Assembly (NCBI GenBank): GCA_964016885.1
Contig: OZ024745.1
Span: 17,236,001-17,300,000 of the forward strand
From: Eledone cirrhosa
Lineage: Eukaryota
DNA length: 64,000 nucleotides
Reading direction: 5' to 3'
This document shows, in pieces, positions 38,309-55,509 of this stretch. The number at the start of each line of letters is the position of its first letter. Positions within the stretch are counted from its first letter, which is position 1. The translations under genes were made by a program, and so were the position numbers. The notes below the pieces were generated by a model, which was not told the DNA's origin, did no database searches, and saw only the letters and a list, made by a program, of their open reading frames with translations.

Positions 38309-39533
38309 GAGAGAGAGAGAGAGAGAGAGGGGGCGGGCTTTACTAGGATTAAACAAGTAAACCCATTATGTAGGAGAGTATTCGCTACTTGGTATAGCCG
38401 AGTGCACGTATACTAGAGTGTCGGGAGCCGACGGCTGAGTTCCTGCGGTTTCGACACCAAATTCTCGACTGAATTAAAATGTTAAATAACACGTAGGGAA
38501 TACGTGTTGTATTTTTTCGAAACTACTTGAAGCACAAAGCCACTCGTATTCTAAACAAAAAACAATGTATAAACAGTCAATCATGTAAAGATTAACACTC
38601 TGTACAGATATATTTGCGTATGTATGTTTCTGTGTTTGAAAAGAAACTTATATAGTACCCCATTACATTCATGGTGAGAGTTAACTATTAATACAGTTTT
38701 CACTTGTCTGTGGCCCAAAATCAATACAGGTTCCTACTTTTCCAATGATTTGTAAATGTTCTGTTTTCGAAATTTGTTATCATGAAATAGTTTTTGATAA
38801 ATAGATATTTATCGAATTATATTCATCAAAGCGATTTTATGAGTGCGCGCGCTTAGAATAAAATATTAAGTTTCAAAAATCGTATTATTTTAGGCTATAT
38901 TTTCTCATTTAGATATTTGGAATTTGATGAAATGCCATAAATAGAGAAAAAATAAATATTCTGGATGATAAGTTAATTACACAAACGGGCTTCCCTTCAT
39001 AAACGAAATCTATGAAGCTTTCAAACTGAGTCGTGGGGAAAATTCTAATAATAAATTGATCAAAGTTACCAAATTAGAATACTAGAAAATCAGATGAAAT
39101 TTTTGAAAAAAATCCACTGTGGAAATTATTAAAAAAAACAAGGTATAAAAATCAACCCACCCCCTACACACACACACACAGGCACACATATATATGTATA
39201 TATTGTTATACTTGGGGAGGGCCATATTGTAATAATATTGCCAGAAATAATAACAGAACACTCTCATGGTTTGGTTGGTTTTCGCTTCTGTATCTTTTAT
39301 CTCCATAGTCAATTTATTTGGCAATCAGTGTTTATCATTGATTGACCAACGGTCAAAAATGCAGATATAAATATATATATATAGTCTATGAAAGTTCTTT
39401 CGTTGCACATCTACAATATCATCAGTGTAACTATTATCATGTTCCCTCGTAATGTATTGTAATGTTTACGCCATTTGTTTCGACAAACGATTTCATATCA
39501 AAAACCTTGCAAAACAAATATATATATATATAC

Positions 39534-42401
<2,868 letters not shown>

Positions 42402-42537
42402 CATACAGAGGGATATATATAAGCTCCCATATATTCACCATACTATATATCTGTCACCTAACATCCAGCAACTATATAGATCTCCATACTATCTATACCT
42501 AAAGGACATTTTACAGGCACGTAATACACACACATAT

Positions 42538-42668
<131 letters not shown>

Positions 42669-42778
42669 TATATATATATATTTATAACGGAGGAAATGTG
42701 GTAAGGAACCAGGTGGACCATAAGGCACCAAAGTACTCAATACTTAGGGTAGTAGAGTGGGTAATAGGAACGAGTAGG

Positions 42779-42874
42779 ACCCCGACGGCTGAGCTCAAGC
42801 CGTTTCGACGGCTAATTCTGGACTAAATGAAAATTTTAATCCTGGTATTTGAATAGCCGAGCTTCTCAAGGGGT
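42779..42874 (-). ncRNA. type I hammerhead ribozyme, family A
   Basis: Reverse complement reads ACCCC-TTGAGAA-GCTCGGCTA...TAGCCGTC-GAAA-CGGCTTGAGCTCAGCCG-TC-GGGGT. Confidence 0.85.
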
Positions 42875-44005
42875 AAAAGTGATTGTCACAAGGATTGGTC
42901 AAAAGTTTGTTGTTGAGACATAATAATTCTTTCATGGCAATTTGTGGGGGGAAGGGGTAGCTGAACCTGCCAGTAGGAGAAAGAGGGAGTGGGGGTGGAG
43001 GAGACCCAGTCATGCGTTGATAGTGCCGACTATAGCTGGGCATGAGGTCAAAGAAGATATTAGGGAGGGGGATGGGGAGGAAGTCTAAACAATAAGTAAA
43101 ACAATATGGGGTAAATATATAGAAAAATACCGAGAGTGTTAAAAAGCAATTAAATGTAAAAAAAATAAAATAAATAATTTCTGGTTACTACGACCTAAGG
43201 ACAGCTATCAAGTCTCTCACTAGTACTGCTAGGCTAAAGAAAGGTTTACTAGGTGGGACGGAATTATAATGAGACCCTTTTAAGAGGTATAAGTAATAAA
43301 CCGAGTCAATCTTACGATGACGGGTCAACAAGTGAGGGGCCAAAATACTAAAGAAACTACAACGAAATAATAAATAAAGGTTTCTACCCCAGGCACAAGG
43401 TCAGCAACCACCCAGTGCAAAAAAAATAAACTAATACGAAATAATAATTCAGAATCTCGAAAAAGAATATTAATACTATCTCTAAGGGTGCCGCCACGAT
43501 ACAAAAATTCTAGTGCAAACTACATAAATGCTCGTACGAAGTATATGTAAAAATTTGATACGGAATATTAATTCAGAATCCCCCCCACCCCCCCACCCCA
43601 AAAAAAAATTATTAAAAAAAAATGATATACGAGAAATTAAAGCAAATATACCACTAAGAAATATAAAAAGCACGGAAAAGGGGCAGCGATCGGATAAGAA
43701 GGCAAGTATCCCGGGTCTAACACATCTGCTATAAAAAGCAGAGTCGGACAAATCTATCATAGAATAGGTGGAAGAGGGTGGGGGTACTGAGGCTACAAAG
43801 GACCGAGGGGCTGCCTCGGGTGGGCGAGAAAATGAAAAGGACAACGACAAAGAAAGAGGACTGGGGTGGAAGGACTAGGGAGGGATGGGGGAAGAAGGAA
43901 ATGTAGAGGAAGCGATAAAAAGATATAAAAGAAGATCTTACGTCTACCTTTGCAAGCAGGGATTACCCATTACAAAATCGGCAAGTGGGGTGTTATAGCC
44001 CTATT

Positions 44006-44958
44006 CTAACCCCCCCCCCCCCCCGGGTCATTATGGGGTTTGAGGGCGAGGTAAGTCCTACGCAATCTGTGTTTACATGCAGTAACCAGTTCATCTTTCT
44101 TGTTTAGGAGTTGGTCCGTCGAAAACAGCATTTGTAAAGTTTCCTCCGAGCATAAATTGCACGGACGGCGTCCTCCCGTGTAAGAGTTGGCTCTAGACAG
44201 TAAGCTCCAAGTGAGATCATAGGTAATGTTGTTATCCTTGAGTGCCCATATGTGGCCTGAAAGTGTAGTGGCGTGACGCCGGGCCGGGTTTCGGAAGGTA
44301 TGTCTGTGTTGGTATAGCCGGGTGTTGAAGTCACATGCGGTTAATCCTATATAAGCTTTGTTGGAGGTGTCCGTCCTCACGTTGCACTGGTAGATCACAT
44401 TACGATCTTTGCATCTGTTGTCGAGGGGGCAAATGGATCCATCAGGACAGTTGCACCTCCTAGTCGGCTCTCCACTGCTATTTAGGTTATTTCTTCCATT
44501 GGGGTTGAGTTTTTTGTTGTTAGAGGAGACAATGTTTTGTGCAAAGATTGGTGTGGTGCTGTAAGTGAGTTTGATGGTATTTTTGTTAATTATATTGTGG
44601 TAGCGGTGTTGTAGTGGGAAGTGTTTTTCAAAGAGACTAAAGAAGATTTTCCCGATAGGAGTTGTCACCTCGGCGTTGTGGGGAGGATTGAACCATGTTA
44701 CATTGCGTGAGCGGCGGTGTCGCCTGCTGGTTCCGCTAATGGAAGCTGGACAGTAGGATATTTCCTCCCGGAAACCACTGCGCTTGAGGGCCTGGTTGTA
44801 ATAAGGCGCATGTTCGTCGAATATCTGCTCATTAGCGGATAAACGGGATATGCGGAGGGAGATGTTTTTAACCAGGTTATTGGTGATGTTCCTAGGATGG
44901 TTTGACCGGCGGTGGATGTAGTGCAGGTTGTCGTTAGGTTTCCTGTATGGGTAGTACA
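44006..44958 (-). pseudogene. Naiad-type RT thumb plus GIY-YIG endonuclease, open but truncated
   Basis: 317-codon open frame with CNC..CPL..C, VIYQC..YIGLT, CNLCSEE, LLNKK..CKH. Confidence 0.9.
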
Positions 44959-45349
44959 CCTAGTAAACCTTTCTTTAGCCTAGCAGTACCAGTGAGAAAC
45001 TTGATAGCTGTCCTTAGGTCGTAGTAACCAGAAATTGTTTATTTTTTTTTTTTTACATTTAATTGCTTTTTAACACTCGGTATTTTTCTATATATTTACC
45101 CCATATTGTTTTACTTATTGTTTCGACTTCCTCCCCCTTCCCCTCCCTAGTATCTTCTTTGGCCTCATGCCGAGCTGTAGTCGGCACTATCAACGCATGA
45201 CTGGGTCTCCTCCACCCACACTCCCGTTTCTCCTACTGGCAGGTTCAGCTACCCCTTCCCTCCAAAAATTGCCATGATAGAATTATTATGTCTCAACAAC
45301 AAACTTTTGACCAATCCTTGTGACAATCACTTTTACCATATATGGAATT

Positions 45350-45445
45350 ACCCCTTGAGAAGCTCGGCTATTCAAATACCAGGATTAACATTTTCATTTA
45401 GTCCAGAATTAGCCGTCGAGACGGCTTGAGCTCAGCCGTTGGGGT
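45350..45445 (+). ncRNA. type I hammerhead ribozyme, family A (mutated: GAGA, GTT)
   Basis: Collinear with family A, with two core changes. Confidence 0.7.
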
Positions 45446-47263
45446 CCTACTTGTTCATATATATATATATATATGTAAGCGAATATATAGAGCTAGTTAA
45501 TGCCTATATACAGGCAAACATGCTATCTAATGTCTGTAGACGTACAACTATATACATCCTCCTAATATTTATATTCAAACATCTATATAAAGTCGCGACA
45601 TTGCTATCTTTAATCAGCTATATGAAACCACGTAATAAATAGACATAGGTGACTATTCTCAGTCACATAATAGCCAAATCCCTAGATACACCTATATATA
45701 TAAGATGGGAAATTATTACCTGTAGAGTTAAACGAGACACCTACATATATCAACCAAAAGTCAAATCATCAACTAGTCATAATTAAAAATATGGTAGCTG
45801 AGGGATATACATATGAGTGACTTGTTCCTCTTTGTAACGTGGTTCAGGCTTGTAATGTCTACAGTAAATACCTCGATTAATGGAGATCGTGTTTTCCATT
45901 CGACAGAAGAGGAGAATTATGAAAACTAGCAGATAATATAACGTGTATGTTAATATGAATAATGCAAAGAAATTCGAAGCTCTAGTGAAACAATGGTTCG
46001 ATTCAACACATAACACAATAGAATATTCGATGGAAACGGCAATGTGTTCAGATATTCCTGTTTTGAAAATATCACTTCATATATCAGTACATGGAAATCA
46101 TACGTCTACACATTTATTTCAAATAACTACCAGGTTTGTAACTATGGAAATCAATCCTGCTGTCGAATTAAAGTATGCTGCTTTCTCAAACAAATTGTAT
46201 TTCAAACATTTATATTACTCCTGTGTTGCATGGGAAATAATCTCACATGGCTGGCAGCAAACGATTTCAAGAATCATTTCAATCACCAACTCTATAGTTC
46301 ATGGAATATTAATTCTATTTCCATGTCTCTAATTAAATCTCAAACGCAGAGAACAAGTATTCGGCCATCCTTCAGTACAGTGGAATGCCATTGGTAAATA
46401 AAAGAAATAATGCTGTCCAAGTAAATGTAGTATTTACTTCGGTAGAAGTTTCAAGACACTGAAACAGTCTGTGGCATTTCTCTCAAGAAAATATTAGCTA
46501 TATATTATGATACAATTCCACTAAATATATACAAATGTCTCTATATTCTGCACAAAAGAATAGCACAAACCTTGAGGATCACATTTCATGTTGATGGGAG
46601 AATTGATTGAAATGAATTGCCATCAGCTTGATATTTCAACGATCTTAATCCGGGTATGCGATACTTCGACCATCTTTCTGGACGACTTTAATATGCCTAA
46701 TAATGTATTTTAAATTTGATTTAAAATCTACATTGGAACAAACACATCCTCTTCTACAATTTTAAAGAAAAAGTCAAAAACACTAACACATACGTTATCC
46801 ACCTCAAATATTAATAAATATAACAGGTTATCATTAGAATATAATCATAACATATTCATTTGAAATGTGAAGTATTTATATTCGCCATATCTTGCAGGAT
46901 TCATTAATGAAAATTATCTTCATCCAAGAAGTCATATCTATATCGCTAAATACCATCATGAAATGTGCTTCAAAACACAACCTATTATATATTAATGTCA
47001 TATTATATATTAATGTGATAATATATATTGAATGTGGAAGAATGGCGATGTCAATCTACTATTTTAAAGTAAAATAAATGTGTAATGAATATTTCTGAGG
47101 GAAATCAATCTCTACATATTGAATAGCGCATATCAAGAGCACATTTTTCTGGGGGAAGATTAATAATGTGTCTCAGGCATGCGATCATAATAGCTTTTTT
47201 GCAGACACAAGAGCACATCTCACTTCCGATATGACTCTGAACACACACACACACATATATATT

Positions 47264-47323
<60 letters not shown>

Positions 47324-48024
47324 GAGAAAGAGAGACAGAGAGAGAGGGAGTGAGAGAGAGAGAAAGAGAGAGAGAGAAAGAGACAGAGGCAGCGAGATAT
47401 ACAATTCATGAAGAGGTGTGATGTATATAATATATCATATATGCTATTTTTATTGCTTCTATTAGGAGCGGCAAGAAAGCTGTTTGAAGTAATTACATCA
47501 ATATATCCAGCACAATGGATATATTTATTGAAAGATGACTCTTACATAACAGATTATTCAATTCGAAATTTTCTAGCATTTTCACGAATCTATTGGCTTG
47601 TATCAAATATCTATAGGTGATTAGTGAATGATGGATGTTATACCAATAGATCGAACTAGTAACACTGTACAAATGCATCCTGTACTGAATGTATTGAAAC
47701 AAGACGCACTAGTACAACTTGAACACAAATATATATTTCCCTATATCTTTCTCCCTCTCTCTCCCTCTTTATGTCTCTCTCTTTATCTCTCTCTCTCTTT
47801 CTCTTTCTCTCTCTCTCTATATATATATATGTATACATGTATGTATATGTTACTTAAGATGTGTCTTTGCACATAGAAGCTCGCATATCTGATTAGATGT
47901 CGAAAAGGAGTCGGGCCCCGTCAACCTGATTGTATCCTAAGCTGATGGATATCGAAATAATTGTTGTAATATGCAAATAACGTCTGTACATACGCTGCAA
48001 CTCTGACTTCGAGTCTTTTGAATT

Positions 48025-48057
<33 letters not shown>

Positions 48058-48062
48058 GTGTT

Positions 48063-48116
<54 letters not shown>

Positions 48117-48123
48117 ATTATTG

Positions 48124-48240
<117 letters not shown>

Positions 48241-49179
48241 CCTGATATATATATATATATAAAACAAAGTAATATAATATGGAATATAACTGATATATAT
48301 ATTAATTATTACTAACATCTGCGAATGTTTAAGATGCAGTTACCACGATTGTTTATTTATCTGCAATGTGAGTGTGAGTAATGCAACATTAATAGGTATA
48401 GACATTTGACCTGGGGCCATATCCACGTGGGAAAATATTTAATGAGTTCATAACATTGAAGTATAAATAACGGGTATGATTGTGAGAAGGATGAAGTTTC
48501 AATTCTATGTTAGATATATGTACAACACGATATATTTAACCACTACCAATTATTTGCTTCATGCTGGGACTTCCGATCGAAAGATGGAAACTGATGTTAG
48601 CCAAAATATAGGTCTCCTCGTCTTAGTTTCATCTGTTGGAATTGGATGTGAAATGTACCTGAAGAGGGAAATACATGCTGCATAACTCATATATGAGAAA
48701 AATTAATATGGAATGAACATTAATACAGTATGTTTATGATTGAATGTCATTGCAGGTCGATTAACTGAGTGCATTCCTAAGCTAACGACGGCAATAAAAA
48801 AACGAGAAAACACCTTCATATTTCTTCTCTGATATATAATGATCAAGTAGTTAGATATATTCGTACATTTCAAGGCCATATCTCAATTCACGTTCATTTA
48901 AAGTTATAAAAGATATTATATAATCTAGGAAAATTACAGTACTTGTATGTAGGATTCTAAATATTGTATATTGGCGCTGGAATCGACGTGTGCTTCAGGA
49001 TGTCGATTTGCGACTACGATGTTTATACTCAGCTACACTCCTTTGCACTATAGTCGTGTGGATTCCTCAATATCCGTATGTTCACTAATATATATATACA
49101 TATATACTGTATATATATTTCAGAAGAACCCTTTAGGTTGAAAGGAGTAATTTATTGCTTAAATGAAGAATTTGTTCTA

Positions 49180-49254
<75 letters not shown>

Positions 49255-49256
<2 letters not shown>

Positions 49257-49458
49257 ACGGAGTAAATGTGGTAAGGAACCAGGTGAACCATAACGCACCA
49301 AAGTACTCAATACTTAGGGTAGTAGAGTCGGTAATAGGAACGAGTAGGACCCCGACGGCTGAGCTCAAGCCGTTTCGACGGCTAATTCTGGACTAAATTT
49401 AGTCCAGAATTAGCCGTCGAAACGGCTTGAGCTCAGCCGTCGGGGTCCTACTCGTTCC

Positions 49459-49461
<3 letters not shown>
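49255..49461. mobile_element. family A mini-insertion containing a perfect 128-bp palindrome (49334-49461)
   Basis: Centre GACTAAA|TTTAGTC. Arms are the 3' half of HHR-A. The left end carries the ~80-nt tail. (TA)n flanks. Confidence 0.9.
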
Positions 49462-49520
<59 letters not shown>

Positions 49521-49522
<2 letters not shown>

Positions 49523-51057
49523 TAGAGGGGGTATTTAATTTGTTGGAAGTCCGACAAATATAAATGTTTATAACGGTGCCACTTCTACAGAATTTAAAAG
49601 TCGCTGAAATAAACACAATTGTTCTTTCCGAAGATTTGATCAAACATCTTCAACTTCTCTTTCAAACCTGATATGGAACTTAAAATGCAAGAATATGGAC
49701 TATTCATTAGCTTGGGAAACAGTTTCAAAAAGCACCCGCGTACCGAAACACAGCTTTATCTAGTTTCTGCAAATTGTGTGTTGAGGAAATTTTTACATAC
49801 TTAAATGTAAAATCTCTATTAATCTGAGAACGAATTTATTTAATTCTTGTAGACATCGCCAGAATTAAACATTCAGAACTATATATAACTTATAATTATT
49901 CTTAAAATATTTCTACTAATTTCCATAACAATCTCATCCACTTGGTTTTAATATATTGATATCTCTAAATAATATCTATAACATTTGCTGTAATTCCACT
50001 TCTTAAAGATTCATAAAATATATACGTCTATAATTCTAATTTTTTTTAAATTTAAATTTTTATAATTTTTATTTCTTTAATTTTTAATTCCTTAATTTTT
50101 ATTTCTTTAATTTTTATTTCTTTAATTTTTATTTCTTTAATTTTTATTTCTTTAATTTTTATTTCTTTAATTTTTATTTCTTTAATTTTTATTACTTTAA
50201 AAATTACTTATCTCTAATAAATAATTTTTTTTTTAATTTTCGCAAATTTTTCGCAAATTTTTCAATATATTTTCAATATTTTTTTCAATACTTTCTCAAT
50301 ATTTTTTCAATAGATTTATAACCACTAACTGATTCTGGCTAAATGTCTCTTCAACATCTATACTCACTTTGACTAAATAGTCTCACACTAATGAATAAAT
50401 AAATAAAACCGGAGTTTTTTCCGTATCTTCCAATTGTCAATCATATAAATATAAATATTCTTCTTAACTCAGTTTAATTTAATTTAATTTAACTTAATAT
50501 TTATTTACATAAAATACAAAATTAACTCATTAAATCAATTATCTATGACATGATATACCCATCTATTTATTTATTTATTTTATTTATCTACATAAAAGAA
50601 AAGAACAATATTATATTATAAACAAATTTTAAACAAATAATAATCGTAAATACACGTACTATTAAGATATATAATTAGAATATATTTCCCTCAAATTAAC
50701 GTTATATGGGTTTTTATTCATCTTCCCTTTTTTCTTTCTTCTCTCTCTCGCACTATTTTATCCTTCTCCTCCTCTCTCTTCTCTCTCTCTCCATAATCGT
50801 TTAAATAAACGGTTGTTTTTCAATTATTTACATATTCATTTGCATATTCACCCATAAGGTTGAAAAATCCCTAATATATTTCCACTATCCAGGGAATATC
50901 CAACGGATAAGGTATGATTCTCATGGGTATGTCTCTATTTATAAAACAAACTTTGTATTTTATCTGAGGAAAGCGTACCAATGTGTTTTGGTACCCTTGA
51001 AATATATATAATAAAATAAATATGGTTTCATAAATATAATTTCCATTTATTTAATCT

Positions 51058-51062
<5 letters not shown>
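49521..51062 (+). mobile_element. 5'-truncated Naiad-type PLE (GIY-YIG relic 49560-49868, missed by the ORF track)
   Basis: YNGATSTEFKSR*NKHNCSF..STSLSNLIW..WETV..CKLCVEE..NSCRH. 15-mer (TTTAATTTTTATTTC)n at 50060-50200. HHR-E near the 3' end. Confidence 0.8.
50957..51017 (+). ncRNA. minimal type I hammerhead ribozyme, family E
   Basis: ATTTTAT-CTGAGGA-AAGCGTACCA..TGGTACCCTT-GAAA-TATATA-TA-ATAAAAT. Confidence 0.8.
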
Positions 51063-51095
<33 letters not shown>

Positions 51096-51967
51096 AGAAG
51101 AAGTTTATGAAACGGAAATGCAGGTATAAAGAATTTATTAGGTAACAATTATTTCTATAGTGTATGGGTTACCTATACCTCGCTATTTGAATTATATAGA
51201 AATATTATCATAAACCGAAGGTACACTGTAAGCAAACACACCATGTCGTCAGACCTTTGTATTGGAATGATATGAAAATATTTTATACACTAGATAAAAG
51301 AGAAAGAATGAGGTAGGAAGAGAAGGGGAAGAGGGAAGTGAGTAAGGGGGAGGGAGTCCTAGGATTTAAGACTGTCAGACTAGTAGAGATTGTAAGGAGA
51401 GAATGTTTTGGCAGCAGTTAGCTTAATGAGGCGTGTTAGGGTTGGTGGGGGAAGTAAATTCTTCTAGTGGTGTTGTTTGGACAAAATTTAGTTAAAGGGG
51501 TCAAAGTGGTACAGAGTTACAGACAAGTTGTTGGGGCTATTATAGTAGCAGGTTATTTCTAAAGGGGTCCAGAAAACAGTGTTTATTATAGAAAGCCATA
51601 ACCTGTGTATAAACATATAAAACAGAAATTTGCAAACGGTGGTGTAAAAAGGTAACATTATATGCATTTAAAATATATATATATAACAGCTAGTTTTATC
51701 GCTGCATGGATGAATTCAATAAATGTAATCTGAGTTTTTGGAATATTAATAATAATATAAGACTAGAATGTTGCTCTTGTGTTGGCATTTAAACAGAACG
51801 GCAGGGAGTAATATTTCTGGGTGATTAACCTTCATCAGTACCGTATACTGCTTATCTGCTAACTGCCAGAGCTAGTGGAAATATATATTTTCTGAAATAT
51901 ACAGTGACTAATCGGACTGATTGGCATATTAGCAGACGGCATGGTCAGTCAGATCTGCATATTGACA

Positions 51968-52055
51968 GACCCACTGAGGTTTTGCCATTTTAACAGCTGG
52001 TTGAACTACCGTCTGGAACTAGGTGGTGAAACGGCAGGAGCTCAGCCGTCGGGTC
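51968..52055 (+). ncRNA. degenerate type I hammerhead (A-like) in a PLE 3' relic ending ~52150
   Basis: GACCC...CTGAGGT...GAAA-CGGCAGGAGCTCAGCCG-TC-GGGTC, followed by a family A-like tail (TACTACCCCAAGTATTGAGTAC). Confidence 0.55.
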
Positions 52056-52191
52056 CTGACTTATTCATTTAACCATTCAATACTACCCCAAGTATTGAGT
52101 ACACTGGTGAGTAATGGTCTAACCAGTTTTTAACTTAATCCATCGAGATTTATTTATATATATATATATAAATATATATATATTCACACAG

Positions 52192-52259
<68 letters not shown>

Positions 52260-52818
52260 GAACGTTGTACTTCCTATGCAAACATTGTAGATAAAAATAT
52301 AATCTTGGTAAGTGCATTTCAAAATATTCTCTGATGTTAGTAATAATTGAATTAGATATTAAAAAATTTCAATCTGTTTTAATGCGTTTAATTAACGATT
52401 TCGTGTAATCTTATGTTTTACCAAGTGAGAATCGTGCTAGTGTATTTTGATGTGTATGCATATAGCTACTGAATAGAAGAATTGCAGAGCCATTGGGAAA
52501 CAATTACCAGTTAAACGTTTAAATTTTAGTGCATAACTAAATCATAGAATTCAATTAGTAATTTTTCGAATCTCAGAAAAAGACTAACGAGCAAGCATAC
52601 ACAAATTAAATAAAACCAAATACAAAGGAAAATTCAATAACAAATCCTAAAATTGAACACTAGCATACTTACATTTTCCCCAAAGTAAAATTAGTCGACC
52701 AAGCATTCAACAAGGTAGCGTTATTGCATGAGACGCTGCCAGTGTTTCATAGATTAATTCCAAACCTTAACATATTATGCAGCTTATATCTGCATAATGT
52801 ATGTTGCATACTATTACA

Positions 52819-52902
52819 TTCTTCTTCTTCTTCTTCTTCTTCTTCTTCTTCTTCTTCTTCTTCTTCTTCTTCTTCTTCTTCTTCTTCTTCTTCTTCTTCT
52901 TC
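52819..52902. repeat. (TTC)n microsatellite
   Basis: Directly visible. Confidence 0.95.
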
Positions 52903-53078
52903 TGGAGAACGTCGGTCACCGTGCGTTGCAGCATAGAATTATGGCCATTTAGTGTCTGAATTCCGATCCCGCCAAGGTTAGCTTTGTCTATCATCCTTAC
53001 GCGTTCGAATTTATCGCCCACAAAATATTGCTGGCCTTGCACCTATAGTAAAAATCACTATACTCATTATTATATAAA

Positions 53079-53270
53079 TAGGGCGGTGAATTGGCAGTAT
53101 CGGTAGAGTGTTGGACGCCATGCTTTCTAGCACAGTAACGTCCCTTTATGGTCCGAGTTCAAATCCCACCGAGGTTAACTTTGCCCTTCATCCTTACGGA
53201 GTTGATAAAATAAAGTACCAGTAATGTACTGGGTAATTGCTGACCTTGTGCCAAAAGTAGAAACAATTAT
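53079..53270 (+). mobile_element. full-length tRNA-derived SINE (a degenerate copy lies at 52940-53060)
   Basis: A-box TGGCAGTATCGG, B-box GAGTTCAAATCC, body shared with 4496, 18630 and 58208. Confidence 0.88.
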
Positions 53271-53641
53271 ATAAATAACCCAGATTAGCAGAAAATACCT
53301 AAACACTATAATGCCATGATAATCAATATCGTTCAGGATCGAGTTACCTCATATTATGCCCTCATCATGACAGGTTGGATTTTAGATTCAATTCCTGCGC
53401 CTCCCATTAAATGTCAAATAATTATAAATCCCAGTCCATCTACAACCATTAGTCTTGTAGTACTACACGATATATAGAAACCAATACAAACATAACGTAT
53501 TCTTAATAAGTCATTCTGCATCTATTTTCTGAATTAGGTTTTAGGAATCTTCTACAATATACTATAAATATTCAGGTGAATATTTTCTTCCTCGCTGAAT
53601 GTTTGTCTCTAGCTTTATTAGGCGTAAAACCTAAAGTCTGG

Positions 53642-53728
<87 letters not shown>

Positions 53729-54459
53729 AGATGTATGGTAGGTCGTATGTGATCACGTCTGACCTTCCAAATATGTGACGGTAGCTAGTTAAGCTCTATG
53801 CGTATACGCAGAGCAGAAATATATATCATTTTTATATATATCATTAAAGGCTCTCTAAAATTTTAATTCTTCGAAGGGTCTCTCGGAAGAAGTCCCTATT
53901 AAAAATATTAAAGGGGCCTTTTCAGAGAGAATTATAGAAGGCTCTCTGAATTAACCTTTAATTGATTAGTTTCTTTCAACTTAGTAGGAAATATCAAAAC
54001 TTCGTAAGTTTTCTGAAATTAGTAAACGTGATCTCGGGGGAAGAAGGTTTTTTTCTTTCGGGAAAAAATTTTTTTTTTCTCTAGAAGGAATTTCATAGGA
54101 AACTTTATATATTTTTTAGGGAAACTTTATATTTTTATTTTTTATTTTATTAGCCTCTTAATTTCTTCCAGTCTAGTAGGTTTATTGGAACCTGTAAGCT
54201 TTATGCACTTATTGAGGGATAATCTAAGGTGCTTCTACGGGACCCTAAGTCTTTTAGTTTACTGTTAATGCGTAAATTATATATTATCAAATTTTTAAAC
54301 TTCAATCCCTGACCCCGACAACTAATATAAAAGAGCCCCCTTAGAATATAGACCCCAACTATACAAGCGGAGTTGCTGATGTATACCACAATCAATTTCA
54401 AACTGCTAGCCTTGAGTGATACGTTGATGTAAATAATGATCTTACAATCACATGTTATA

Positions 54460-54506
54460 TGCCTTGATAAGTCCCACCATGTGGTCGGACGAAACGGCTG
54501 TCGGCA
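54460..54506 (+). ncRNA. type I hammerhead ribozyme, family G (U3-A8 core), in a PLE 3' relic
   Basis: TGCC-TTGATAA-GTCC/GGAC-GAAA-CGGCTG-TC-GGCA, then AATAAA and (TA)n ~45 nt downstream. Confidence 0.82.
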
Positions 54507-54715
54507 ATAAACTTGTTGTAATGTCATAATAGTTCCTTTGTTCTTTTTCACTAATATATATATATATATATATTGTTTCTGAATTTGTTTTGCAAGATTC
54601 TTTATCTGAAAACCTGTGTTGAAACCGATATTGTTATGCTTTGGGAGGGTGAAAGCAACTGGTGCATGTGTTTCTTATTGGCAACATTACCCTCCCAAAG
54701 CATATATATATATAT

Positions 54716-54880
54716 ATAAACGTTTGTATTTGTAAAGCCAAAACAATGCAGGTATGAATATAGAATATAAATGCAAATGCAAAAGATATTGTTGACAATT
54801 AGTCTTTTACCTTAAATTTATTTAAATATCCTTATATCCATACCTGCATTATTTTGGCTTTGCAAATACAAACGTTTATA
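54716..54880. repeat. short inverted repeat, probable PLE end relic
   Basis: ATAAACGTTTGTATTTGTAAAGCCAAAACAATGCAGGTATG pairs with CATACCTGCATTATTTTGGCTTTGCAAATACAAACGTTTAT, between (TA)n tracts. Confidence 0.7.
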
Positions 54881-54918
54881 CCTGATTGTACAATGCTTCA
54901 AGTGAACTATAACTTGCT

Positions 54919-54954
<36 letters not shown>

Positions 54955-54962
<8 letters not shown>

Positions 54963-55349
54963 TAAGAGGAATTCCAACTTTGTCTGATTTACTCGTTTTA
55001 TTTACAATCCTTTAAAATATATATAATGGTATTATAATGAAATAGTATGATAGAATATTAAATTCTAAGTGTTAATTGAACAAGTACTTTCATGCTTTCG
55101 CAATCTTCAGGTTCATGATATGTGGTGACAGTCGAGTTTGCAATTTTCAACAGTTGAAAATTGCAAACTCGACTGTCACCACATATCATGAACCTGAAGA
55201 TTGCGAAAGCATGAAAGTACTTGTTCAATTAACACTTAGAATTTAATATTCTATCATACTATTTCATTATAATACCATTATATATATTTTAAAGGATTGT
55301 AAATAAAACGAGTAAATCAGACAAAGTTGGAATTCCTCTTATTAATATA
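54955..55349. repeat. apparently perfect 395-bp palindrome (197-bp arms, 1-nt spacer), PLE-type mini-insertion
   Basis: Centre TTCAAC-A-GTTGAA at 55152. No mismatch seen by eye. A ~40-nt tail follows, then (TA)n. Confidence 0.92.
55189..55227 (+). ncRNA. minimal type I hammerhead ribozyme, family H (mirror copy 55077-55115 on minus)
   Basis: TGAAC-CTGAAGA-TTGC-GAAA-GCAT-GAAA-GTAC-TT-GTTCA. Confidence 0.8.
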
Positions 55350-55509
55350 ATCTTCTATACACAATCATACACACCCGTGTATATTTACCTATCTATATCT
55401 ATATATATATATATATATATAAGTTATTCCGGCCGGGTTGAATCGGAGGAAACCACAGTAAGTATGGTACTCAATACATAGCAGAGTATAAAGGTTTTAA
55501 TATAGAAGA

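Larger units (their letters stand above)
42685..45457 (-). mobile_element. 5'-truncated Naiad-type PLE, close relative of 9466-14500, with inverted arm 44959-45457
   Basis: ORF 44006-44958 is nearly identical in protein to 12345-13280. The arm mirrors 42770-43253. (TA)n flanks. Confidence 0.93.

Noticed and set aside
45783-46397. Overlapping 77-129 aa ORFs as a host gene
   Set aside because: No recognisable motifs, no convincing splice signals, and lengths are compatible with chance.
53079-53175. tRNA gene
   Set aside because: A and B boxes are present, but there is no cloverleaf and the sequence continues into a SINE body found several times in the window.
48550-53440. Minus-strand exon-like segments (48550-48658, 53347-53439) with good splice signals
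   Set aside because: All frames contain stops. They could be non-coding or UTR exons, but this cannot be supported without RNA data.
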